Source: Candidatus Latescibacterota bacterium
GTDB lineage: Bacteria > Latescibacterota > UBA2968 > GCA-2709665
Assembly (NCBI GenBank): GCA_965219455.1
Contig: OZ244744.1
Location: forward strand, 4,896,001-4,960,000
DNA length: 64,000 bases
Reading direction: 5' to 3'
Positions 9,698 through 18,531 of this stretch are shown one piece after another. The notes under the pieces were generated by a model that ran no database searches, was not told where the DNA came from, and was given only the letters and a program-made list of their open reading frames with translations. Each line of letters begins with the position of its first letter. Position 1 is the stretch's first letter. Both the position numbers and the translations under genes were made by a program.

Positions 9698-10960
9698 TTG
9701 AAGGGATTCCCGTTACTCATAGGTTTGTGCCTCGTGCAGGTTCCACGCATCGCCGGCGCGGGAGCGCCGGAACTGGAAGGGCTGATTGACTCCGCGCTCG
9801 TGAACAATACCGGGTTGAAAGTACTTGAACACCGGCTGGCGGCGTTCGAGGCCAGGGTGCCGCGGGCGGGTGCGCTGGAAGATCCGATGCTGCGATTGGA
9901 TCTGATGAACCTGCCGACCAATGGCCTGGATTTCGACAGCACGCCGATGTCCGGTAAGCAGTTGACGATCAGCCAGCGGATTCCCCTTCCGGGCCTGCTC
10001 AGGGCCAGAGAACAGACGGCCGAATACGCGGCCGGGGCGGCCAGGGAGGTGCTCGCGGACAGGGAGGGCGTCATCGTCAATCTGGTGAAGCAGGGATATT
10101 ATGCGCTGGCGTTCCTTGACCGGGCAATCGAAGTGACCGAAAAGAACCGGGTCCTGCTCAAGGATCTGATCCGGATTTCCCGGACAAAGTACATGGTCGG
10201 TCGAGGTCTGCAACAGGATGTGTTGAAGGCGCAGGTGTCGCTTTCGGCGTTGGATGATCGGTTGATCAGGCTGAAAACCGGACGCCGGTTGGCGCAGACA
10301 CGGCTCAACCGGGTGATTAATAGACCCCCGCGGACGTCGGTGGACACACCCGATGAGGTAAGGCCAACGCCACTGGATCTCACGTTGCAGGAAATTCAGC
10401 GGCAGGCCGTGGACCATCGCCCGCTTTTAAAGGAAATTGACCAGAGCATTTCCCGGTGGGCGGCGACCGAACAGGCCGCGCGACGGGAGGGCTGGCCGCA
10501 ATTTACGTTTCTTCTCGGATATCGTCAGCGCGCGCTCGTCGGATCGGATCCGGTAAAGGGAAGCGATTTCCTCTCGCTCGGCGTCGGTCTGAACCTGCCG
10601 ATTTTCAACGGGAGGAAACGGGATTCCCGGATTGCGGAGTCGCGGGCCAACATGCGAATGGGCCAGGCGCAGAAAGAGGATGCAAGCCGAAATATTCAGT
10701 TCCGGGTGGAGGAGATTTGTCTCGAAATTGAACAACATTGGGAAGAGGCGGAGCTCTTTCGTACCGCAATTCTGCCCCAGGCTCAGCAGTCGCTGGAGTC
10801 CGCGATGGCCGGATACCAGGTGGACAAAGTCGACTTTCTGACTCTGTTGAACAACCAGGTCTCCCTCTTCAATTTTGAAATTGAATATTATCGGCATGTC
10901 ATCCAGCGCGAGAAAAAACTGGCCGAACTCGAAGCGGTTGTGGGGAAACGCTTGTTCTAG
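9698..10960 (+). CDS. TolC-family outer membrane protein (CusC-like)
   Basis: RAGALEDPML, ISQRIPLPG, QQDVLKAQV, YQVDKVDFLTLL; first gene of the RND operon. Confidence 0.88.
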   Translation: MKGFPLLIGLCLVQVPRIAGAGAPELEGLIDSALVNNTGLKVLEHRLAAFEARVPRAGALEDPMLRLDLMNLPTNGLDFDSTPMSGKQLTISQRIPLPGLLRAREQTAEYAAGAAREVLADREGVIVNLVKQGYYALAFLDRAIEVTEKNRVLLKDLIRISRTKYMVGRGLQQDVLKAQVSLSALDDRLIRLKTGRRLAQTRLNRVINRPPRTSVDTPDEVRPTPLDLTLQEIQRQAVDHRPLLKEIDQSISRWAATEQAARREGWPQFTFLLGYRQRALVGSDPVKGSDFLSLGVGLNLPIFNGRKRDSRIAESRANMRMGQAQKEDASRNIQFRVEEICLEIEQHWEEAELFRTAILPQAQQSLESAMAGYQVDKVDFLTLLNNQVSLFNFEIEYYRHVIQREKKLAELEAVVGKRLF

Positions 10961-11025
10961 AACCCGTCTGTATTTCGTGCGTGCTCCCAACGACCGCACG
11001 CACGGTGAAGAGGAAAGGTCGTGCT

Positions 11026-12309
11026 ATGTATACGAAAACGATTGTAGCGGTGATTCTCGCTCTGGCCATTGGATTTGTGGTCGGGATATGGTTGGGTGGA
11101 GACGACGGCCCGGAATCACACGACACGGGACCGGGCGTGTACCGGTGTCCGATGCATCCCACGGTGGTGTCGGATAGGCCCGGAAGCTGCCCGGTCTGTG
11201 GAATGGACCTGGTACCGGATCAGCCGGGTCCATCGGCGCACGAAGGCAGCCACGGAGAGGAAGTCGCCGAGGTCCGGATCGATCCGTCAACGGTTCAGAA
11301 TATGGGAGTCAGATTCGCGAGGGTGGAACGGCGGGCGTTGAGCCGGACCGTGCGCGCCCTGGGACGTGTGGATTACGACGAGACCCGGATGACGGACGTG
11401 AACACGAAGGTGACCGGTTGGGTGGAGGGGTTGTTTGTCGATTTTACCGGGCAGGAAGTGAAGAAGGGACAACCGTTGCTGGAAATCTACAGTCCCGAAC
11501 TTGTGGCCGCGCAGGAGGAGTATCTGACGGCGCTGGACTATGTACGGCGACTCGAGGACAGTGCGTCTGCCGAGGCCCTCGAGGGCGCCAGAGCGCTGTT
11601 GGGCGCGTCCCGGCAGCGTTTGATGTACTGGGATATTACGGAAGCGCAGATCCTCGAATTGAAAGCGACACGCCAGACAAAGCGTACGATGACGATCCAT
11701 TCCCCCCAGGAGGGCGTGGTGGTGCATCGAGCAGTCTTCGACGGCGCATACATCAAGGCCGGGGAGCATCTCTACCGAATTGCCGATCTTTCCCGGGTAT
11801 GGGTTTATGCCGATATCTACGAGTACGAGTTGCCGTGGATCCGTAAGGGGCAGGCAGCCGAGGTCGTGCTTTCATACTCGCCCGGGCGCGTGTTCCAGGG
11901 GGTGGTGACCTACATCTACCCGTTTCTGGAATCCAAGACTCGCACCGCGAAAGTGCGGATGATATTTGACAACCCGGAACTGGAACTGAAACCCGAGATG
12001 TTTGCCACGGTGAGGATCCGGTCGGAGGTTGCGAAACAGGCCGTCGTGGTTCCGGCACAGGCCGTGATTCGTTCCGGCGAACGAAACGTGGTGATCCTGG
12101 ATCTGGGCGAGGGCCGTTTCGCGCCTCGTGAGGTGACCCTGGGGGTCGAGACGAGCGACGTCTACGAGGTGACGGAGGGGCTGCGCGGAGACGAGCGGAT
12201 CGTCATTTCGTCGCAGTTCCTGATCGACTCGGAGAGCAATCTGAAGGCGGCGCTGGCGACGATGGGCGGAAATCACGAAGCATCTGCGCCGATGGAACAT
12301 CGGCATTGA
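11026..12309 (+). CDS. cusB: CusB-type RND periplasmic adaptor
   Basis: YRCPMHP...PGSCPVCGMDLVP metal-binding domain, YSPELVAAQEEY, SQFLIDSESNL. Confidence 0.92.
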   Translation: MYTKTIVAVILALAIGFVVGIWLGGDDGPESHDTGPGVYRCPMHPTVVSDRPGSCPVCGMDLVPDQPGPSAHEGSHGEEVAEVRIDPSTVQNMGVRFARVERRALSRTVRALGRVDYDETRMTDVNTKVTGWVEGLFVDFTGQEVKKGQPLLEIYSPELVAAQEEYLTALDYVRRLEDSASAEALEGARALLGASRQRLMYWDITEAQILELKATRQTKRTMTIHSPQEGVVVHRAVFDGAYIKAGEHLYRIADLSRVWVYADIYEYELPWIRKGQAAEVVLSYSPGRVFQGVVTYIYPFLESKTRTAKVRMIFDNPELELKPEMFATVRIRSEVAKQAVVVPAQAVIRSGERNVVILDLGEGRFAPREVTLGVETSDVYEVTEGLRGDERIVISSQFLIDSESNLKAALATMGGNHEASAPMEHRH

Positions 12310-12402
12310 GAATGGGATCCGTAAGCGCGTTCCGGCGCGGAACCCGGGTTGGAGTCTATATCTCATATACCGAACGTTGAACTCCAAACGAAGGTTGATC
12401 GT

Positions 12403-15400
12403 ATGATTGGTCAAATGATAGAACTCAGTCTCCGAAACCGCTTTCTAATCGTGATTGCCGCGGTTTTTGCAATCGCCTGGGGTGTTTACGCGATGTTGAA
12501 CACGCCCCTGGACGCGATTCCGGACCTGTCGGACGTGCAGGTGATCGTGATGACCGATTTTCAGGGACAGGCGCCGCAGGTGGTGGAGGATCAGGTTACC
12601 TACCCCCTCACCTCCGCGATGCTGGCCGTACCCCATGCAAGGGTCGTGCGGGGATACTCCTTCTTCGGGTTGTCGTTCGTTTACGTGATTTTCGAGGATG
12701 GTACGGATATTTACTGGGCCAGGAGCCGGGTTCTGGAGGCGCTCAATACCGTTTCGAATCGGCTGCCGACGGGCGTGGCGCCGCGGCTGGGGCCGGACGC
12801 GACGGGGGTCGGATGGGTGTACGAATACGTTCTGGTTGACAGCACCGGGCGCCGTGATCTTTCGGAACTGCGATCCATCCAGGACTGGTACCTGCGCTAC
12901 GAACTCAGCAGCGTCCCGGGTGTGGCGGAGGTGGCGGCCGTGGGCGGGTACGTGAAGCAGTACCAGGTAACCGTGGATCCGAACCGGTTGCTGGCGTACA
13001 ATATTCCATTGCAAAAGGTACGGACGGCAATCCAGCGGAGCAATAACGACGTGGGCGGTCGAACCGTGGAATTCGGGGAAACGGAGTTTATGGTGCGCGG
13101 GCTGGGCTATATTCGATCGCTGGAGGATATCCGCAATATCGCGTTGGGGGTCGATGCCCGGGGTACGCCCGTCAGGGTTGGAGATATCGCCACTGTACAG
13201 CTGGGTCCGGAGATGCGCCGGGGCCTGGCGGAATGGAACGGCGAGGGGGAGGTCGTGGGCGGGATTGTCGTGATGCGTTACGGCGAAAACGCCCTGGCCG
13301 TGATCGACCGGGTGAAAGAAAAGATCGACTCGCTCAAACCGGGCCTGCCCGAAGGCGTGTCGATAAAGGTTGCCTATGATCGGTCCGCGCTGATACGCAG
13401 CGCCGTCGGCAATCTGCGAACCAAGTTAATCGAGGAAATGGCGGTGGTGGCGCTGGTCTGCGTCGTGTTCCTGTTGCATTTTCGCAGCGCATTCGTGGCG
13501 ATATTCGCGCTGTCAATCGGCGTACTGATCTCGTTCGGCATGATGTTCACACAAGGTATGAATTCCAATATCATGTCGCTCGGGGGGATCGCGGTTGCCA
13601 TCGGCGCGATGGTCGACGCGTCGATCGTGATGATTGAGAACGCCCATAAACACCTTGAGCAGAACAACGGGCAGCGAGGCCATCTCGAGATCATCGCTCG
13701 CGCTTCAAAGGAGGTGGGACCTGCGCTGTTTTATTCGCTTCTGGTGATAACCGTCTCGTTTCTTCCGGTGTTTACGCTTCAGGCCCAGGAGGGCCGTTTG
13801 TTCAAGCCGCTGGCCTATACAAAGACGTTTGCGATGGGCGGCGCGGCGTTGCTCGCCATCACGGTCGTTCCCGTGCTGGTGAGCTTTTTTGTCCGTGGCA
13901 GAATCCGGCCGGAGGCGCGGAACCCCATCAGCAGGTTTTTCATCTGGACCTATCGTCCGGTAATCGAATGGGTTTTGAGAAACAGGCTCGCCACGGTTGT
14001 GCTGGCGGGCGCTGTGATGTTCATTACGCTCTTCCCATTCCGGAGCATCGTGCTCGAGCGGTTTTCGGATGCGCCACGCAGCCTCGCGTATCGGGCGCTT
14101 GTAAGGCTGGACCGCCTGTTCCCGTTGGATAAGATCGGTTCCGAGTTCATGCCGCCCCTCTATGAAGGAGACCTTCTCTACATGCCCACCACACTGCCGG
14201 GAATCTCGGTGACCCGGGCACGTGAATTGCTGCAGCAGACGGACAAGATCATCAAGGCGTTTCCGGAGGTCCGGGACGTATTCGGCAAGATCGGGCGGGC
14301 CGAGACCGCAACGGACCCGGCGCCGCTCGCGATGATCGAAACCACGATAACGTTGAAGCCGGAGAGCGAATGGCGCCCGGGAATGACGCCTGAAAAGTTG
14401 ATCGAGCGGCTGAACCGGGCAATTCAGTTCCCCGGCCTGACCAACTCGTGGACAATGCCGATCAAGACGCGAATCGATATGTTGTCAACGGGGATCAAGA
14501 CGCCGGTGGGTGTCAAGATCGCGGGGGAGGATCTGGAGGTCCTGCAGCGCCTGGGTCAACACATCGAGAGGGTGATTCGCGATCTCCCGGGTACCCTGAG
14601 CGTGTTTGCCGAACGGGTCGTGGGCGGGAACTATCTGGACTTCGATATCGACCGGGAGGAGGCCGCGCGTTATGGGCTCACGGTGGGGGACGTGCAGGAC
14701 GTGATTATGTTTGCCGTCGGGGGGATGAATATAACAACGACCGTTGAGGGTTTGGAACGCTATCCGGTCAATCTGCGTTATGGCAGGGAACTGCGCGACA
14801 ACCTGCCGGCGCTGCGCCGGGTGCTGGTGCCGACGCCCACCGGCGCCCACATTCCCATTCAGCAACTCGCGGACATCCGTATCAGAAAAGGACCGCCGGG
14901 AATCAAGAGTGAGAACGCGCGTCTGAATGCCTGGGTGTACGTGGATATCCAGGGCATCGACGTTGGAACCTACGTGAAACGCGCGCAACAGGCGGTGCTG
15001 GAGAAGGTGTCCATGCCGCCGGGCTATTCGGTATCCTGGAGCGGGCAATACGAGTACATGCAGAGGGCGGAAAAACGATTGAAACTGGTCGTGCCTCTCA
15101 CCCTTGGAATCATCTTCCTGCTGTTGTATCTCAACTTCAGGAATGTACCGGAGAGCCTTATCGTCATGTTGTCCCTGCCCTTTGCGATGGTGGGCGGCAT
15201 CTGGTTGATGTACCTGCTGGATTACGATATGAGCGTTGCAGTTGGCGTCGGGTTCATCGCACTGGGCGGTCTGGCTGCGGAGACGGGCGTGGTCATGCTG
15301 GTCTATCTGGATCAGGCGTACGACCGCATTCGCAAGGCACGGGGAGATGAAATGAACGCCGTGGACCTCAGGAGAGCGGTTGTTGCAGGTGCGGTGGAAC

Positions 15401-15606
15401 GCGTCCGGCCGAAAATGATGACCGTGCTGACGACACTTTTGGGGTTGCTGCCCATCATGTGGGGGCACGGGATCGGGTCAGAGACAATGAAGCGTATTGC
15501 GGCGCCGATGGTCGGCGGCGTCGCTTCGTCCGCACTTCTGACGCTGATTGTGATACCTGTCGTATACGCGTTGTGGAAAGGTCGATCGCTGAAAGATGAG
15601 AGTTGA
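12403..15606 (+). CDS. cusA: CusA/CzcA-family heavy-metal RND permease
   Basis: PLDAIPDLSDVQVI, GSEFMPPLYEGDLLYMP, ERVRPKMMT; CusA-type Met residues suggest Cu(I)/Ag(I). Confidence 0.95.
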   Translation: MIGQMIELSLRNRFLIVIAAVFAIAWGVYAMLNTPLDAIPDLSDVQVIVMTDFQGQAPQVVEDQVTYPLTSAMLAVPHARVVRGYSFFGLSFVYVIFEDGTDIYWARSRVLEALNTVSNRLPTGVAPRLGPDATGVGWVYEYVLVDSTGRRDLSELRSIQDWYLRYELSSVPGVAEVAAVGGYVKQYQVTVDPNRLLAYNIPLQKVRTAIQRSNNDVGGRTVEFGETEFMVRGLGYIRSLEDIRNIALGVDARGTPVRVGDIATVQLGPEMRRGLAEWNGEGEVVGGIVVMRYGENALAVIDRVKEKIDSLKPGLPEGVSIKVAYDRSALIRSAVGNLRTKLIEEMAVVALVCVVFLLHFRSAFVAIFALSIGVLISFGMMFTQGMNSNIMSLGGIAVAIGAMVDASIVMIENAHKHLEQNNGQRGHLEIIARASKEVGPALFYSLLVITVSFLPVFTLQAQEGRLFKPLAYTKTFAMGGAALLAITVVPVLVSFFVRGRIRPEARNPISRFFIWTYRPVIEWVLRNRLATVVLAGAVMFITLFPFRSIVLERFSDAPRSLAYRALVRLDRLFPLDKIGSEFMPPLYEGDLLYMPTTLPGISVTRARELLQQTDKIIKAFPEVRDVFGKIGRAETATDPAPLAMIETTITLKPESEWRPGMTPEKLIERLNRAIQFPGLTNSWTMPIKTRIDMLSTGIKTPVGVKIAGEDLEVLQRLGQHIERVIRDLPGTLSVFAERVVGGNYLDFDIDREEAARYGLTVGDVQDVIMFAVGGMNITTTVEGLERYPVNLRYGRELRDNLPALRRVLVPTPTGAHIPIQQLADIRIRKGPPGIKSENARLNAWVYVDIQGIDVGTYVKRAQQAVLEKVSMPPGYSVSWSGQYEYMQRAEKRLKLVVPLTLGIIFLLLYLNFRNVPESLIVMLSLPFAMVGGIWLMYLLDYDMSVAVGVGFIALGGLAAETGVVMLVYLDQAYDRIRKARGDEMNAVDLRRAVVAGAVERVRPKMMTVLTTLLGLLPIMWGHGIGSETMKRIAAPMVGGVASSALLTLIVIPVVYALWKGRSLKDES

Positions 15607-15696
15607 TTATCGATGATTGTTGTCATATATTCGAAGTTGCAGGCGTCAGGTTTCGGAAAACGCCAAACTTTCCCTTTCGTCAGAGGAGATTGATCC

Positions 15697-16050
15697 ATGC
15701 GCAAGACCACTTCCGTCCTGCTTTCCAACGTACTCGCGTTCTGCTTTCTCGCCGTCACAGCGTGTTCCACGGCGGAAACCCGCACGGCGAAAATCAACGT
15801 GCCCACCGCGCAGTGTATGATGTGCGCAAATAAGATTGACAAGGCCTTGAAAAATGTGGATGGCGTGAAAAAGGTGGACGTTGATATGGACATCAAGGTT
15901 GTCAACGTAACCTACGATGCGGCGCGCACCGACACCGCAAAGTTGGAACAGGCGATTGCGCAGGCGGGTTATCAGGCGAATCAGGCGCCCGCGGACAGCG
16001 TGGCCTACGCGAATTTGCCGGATTGTTGTAAAGTGCCACCGCCTCAATAG
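15697..16050 (+). CDS. Heavy-metal-associated (HMA/CopZ-like) exported protein
   Basis: Signal/lipobox VTAC, QCMMC (CxxC), C-terminal YANLPDCC. Confidence 0.88.
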   Translation: MRKTTSVLLSNVLAFCFLAVTACSTAETRTAKINVPTAQCMMCANKIDKALKNVDGVKKVDVDMDIKVVNVTYDAARTDTAKLEQAIAQAGYQANQAPADSVAYANLPDCCKVPPPQ

Positions 16051-16266
16051 ACCCCGCGGCCGCCGTGGATTGCACATCAGATCGACGTTCCGAAATGGTT
16101 CCGGACTCCCCATTGCAGATTCGGGGCGATGAACGGCCTCCGCAATGGGGCGCAAATGTTCCACTCGCGTTGCCGTACGGTCGCACCTTTGGATTCAACG
16201 GGGGGCAGGTTTCGGCGTTGTGGGTAGTCGGGGATGTCTGCATCCAAAGAACCACAGGAGGCGTTG

Positions 16267-16746
16267 ATGTTTAGCAAGGAAATTCAGTCGGCGCTGAACG
16301 AGCAGATCAACAGTGAATTTCTCGCCTGGTATACCTATCTGGCCATGTCCTCCTATTTCAAATCGATCAGTCTGAACGGATTTGCCAGGTGGATAGAGAA
16401 GCAGGCCCAGCGCGAGATGACGCATGCAATGAAGATCTACGAATTCCTCCACGAGCGGGAGGCGACGGTCGGGTTCAGTTCAATTCATGAACCCCCGTCG
16501 AATTGGCGTTCTCCTCTGGATGCGATTTCGGAGGCGTATCGGCGCGAACAGGAAGCCAGCGGACGGATCAACAATCTGGTCGATCTGGCAATGAGGAACC
16601 GCGCCCATGCGACCAACACGTTCTTGCAGTGGTTCGTCAACGAACAGGTGGAGGAGGAGGCGCGGCTTCGCGCCATTGCGAAAAAGCTGGAGCTTGTGGG
16701 TGATGATCGTTACGGGCTGTTCCTGATCGATCGCGATATGCGCTGA
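16267..16746 (+). CDS. ftn: Non-heme ferritin
   Basis: ALNEQINSE...YLAMS, EMTHAMK, FLQWFVNEQVEEE. Confidence 0.9.
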   Translation: MFSKEIQSALNEQINSEFLAWYTYLAMSSYFKSISLNGFARWIEKQAQREMTHAMKIYEFLHEREATVGFSSIHEPPSNWRSPLDAISEAYRREQEASGRINNLVDLAMRNRAHATNTFLQWFVNEQVEEEARLRAIAKKLELVGDDRYGLFLIDRDMR

Positions 16747-16782
16747 ATCCCGCTGGCGTGAGTCAGGTGGCGATCTGAATTC

Positions 16783-16820
16783 GGCCGCTTCTGGAATGGG
16801 TACGGGGGCGGCCTTTTTCT
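16783..16820 (+). terminator. Possible intrinsic terminator after ferritin
   Basis: GGCCGC...GCGGCC followed by TTTTTCT. Confidence 0.45.
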
Positions 16821-16838
16821 ATCCGGGGATTTACACCG

Positions 16839-17528
16839 ATGGTTTACGTCAAAGACCTGTGGAAAAAATACCCCGCTGCGTGGGCGCTCAGGGGTGTGTC
16901 GCTGACGGTGGCGCGCGGAGGGGTGCTGGGCGTGCTGGGCGAAAACGGAAGCGGTAAGAGTACGTTGTTCCGGATTCTTGCCGGGGTGACGCGGCCCACC
17001 CGGGGAAGGGCGCTGATCGGAAAGATTCCAGCCGGGTTCGCCACAAAGCGAATCGTATCTTATTTACCGGAAATCGATCCGTTTTATTCCTGGATGAGGG
17101 TGGGCGAACAACTGGAATTTCTTTCGAAATTCCGTTCCGGGTGGGATACGGGGCAGGCACTAAAACTCCTCGATTTCATGAACCTGCCCGACGATCGGAA
17201 GGTAGGCGCCCTGTCAAGGGGGCAGCGCGCGAGGCTGAAGGTCGTGTATGCGTTCTCCTGGCCCAGCGACGTGGTACTGATGGATGAACCCCTTGGCGGC
17301 ATCGATCCTCCGTCCCGAAAGCGAATTCTTGACGTCCTCTTCAATGAGTTCCGGCGGGCCGACCAGACGATACTGATTTCGACCCATCTGGTTTCCGAGG
17401 TGGAGCCGTTTATCGAGGATGTGCTGCTTCTGCGAGACGGCGAGATTTGTATTTCGGGCCCGGCGGGTCAGTTGCAACAGGACCACGGGGAGTCTCTATC
17501 TGAAATCTTCGCATTGTATGTGGATTGA
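16839..17528 (+). CDS. ABC transporter ATP-binding protein
   Basis: GENGSGKST Walker A, LSRGQ signature, VLMDEP Walker B, STH switch. Confidence 0.92.
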   Translation: MVYVKDLWKKYPAAWALRGVSLTVARGGVLGVLGENGSGKSTLFRILAGVTRPTRGRALIGKIPAGFATKRIVSYLPEIDPFYSWMRVGEQLEFLSKFRSGWDTGQALKLLDFMNLPDDRKVGALSRGQRARLKVVYAFSWPSDVVLMDEPLGGIDPPSRKRILDVLFNEFRRADQTILISTHLVSEVEPFIEDVLLLRDGEICISGPAGQLQQDHGESLSEIFALYVD

Positions 17529-17548
17529 GGAGATAGAGGTAATCTGCA

Positions 17549-18244
17549 ATGAGGATGTTTATTGCACTGTACATCAAAGAGATAAAGGACGTCAGGGGTG
17601 TGTTCTGTATCCTCGGGATCGGCACTCTGGTGTTGCAGGGCTGGGTCTTGCTGGCCGTTGAGACCCAGATGATCGCCCTGTTTCTTTCGGGTCTTCCCCT
17701 CTGGGCAATCATGTTTGCCTTGCCATTCCTGCTGGCTTCTTCGTTCAACGGGGAATGGCGCGGCAATACGAACCATCTGCTGTTTGCGCTTCCCATCCGG
17801 GCCGGTGTTATGGGTCTGTGCAAATTCGCCGCGATTCTGAGTATCGGCCTCCTGCTGTTCGCGATCGCGGGTACAGGCGTATACTTCGTCGTTTCGCGCG
17901 CCCCCCAGGAAGCCGTTTCCCAGATTCTGAGCACTTTCGGCGTCACGCCAGCGGCGGTTTCCGGATACGCCGCGGGATTCTTCGCTTCCTTTGTGCTCCT
18001 GTCGCTTGGCGTCGTGACAGCCATGGAGGGCGTCAAGTACACGGCCTCGCGTCTCAGAGGTTTGGCCGCGGCGGCTTCATTTGTTTCGTGCGCTGTCATT
18101 TATCTGACGATGGCGGGTTACTTCGTCGTCGCAATGCGGGAATATCTGTCAACTGGCGAGGCATTAATGGCCTACACGGTTCTCGCAGGCCTGGTCTTTC
18201 TGCTGATCGGGCTGTTCCTGTTTGAAAAATTCGTGGAGATCTAG
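17549..18244 (+). CDS. ABC-2-type permease
   Basis: About six TM segments, EWRGNTNHLLFALP motif, directly after the ATPase. Confidence 0.75.
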   Translation: MRMFIALYIKEIKDVRGVFCILGIGTLVLQGWVLLAVETQMIALFLSGLPLWAIMFALPFLLASSFNGEWRGNTNHLLFALPIRAGVMGLCKFAAILSIGLLLFAIAGTGVYFVVSRAPQEAVSQILSTFGVTPAAVSGYAAGFFASFVLLSLGVVTAMEGVKYTASRLRGLAAAASFVSCAVIYLTMAGYFVVAMREYLSTGEALMAYTVLAGLVFLLIGLFLFEKFVEI

Positions 18245-18485
18245 TATCCCGTCCCAGAATTGTGTCACCATTCATCCGCCTGTCTGCGTGCGTGAGACAG
18301 CACGCACAGGCAGGCCGGTTCATCCCGTCTCGCTGCGTTGCTTGCGCTACCTGTGCTGAGCCTGTCGAAGCAAGCTTGTCGAAGTGCCTTCACTGGCCGA
18401 CCTTGCGCCTGTCTGCGTGCGTGAGACGGCACGCACAGGCAGGCAGGTCGGCTTGCTCAGGCGCCGGTTCCTGAGCCTGTCGAAG
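18241..18485. repeat. Composite intergenic repeat (REP/MITE-like)
   Basis: Two copies of the hairpin CGCCTGTCTGCGTGCGTGAGAC(A/G)GCACGCACAGGCAGGC (18277-18315, 18406-18444), two CTGAGCCTGTCGAAG, and a CTAGTATCCCGTCCC end. Confidence 0.8.
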
Positions 18486-18531
18486 ATCCGGCGCGCCCAT
18501 GGAAAAATGTTGAATACGAAAGGACGAGCCC

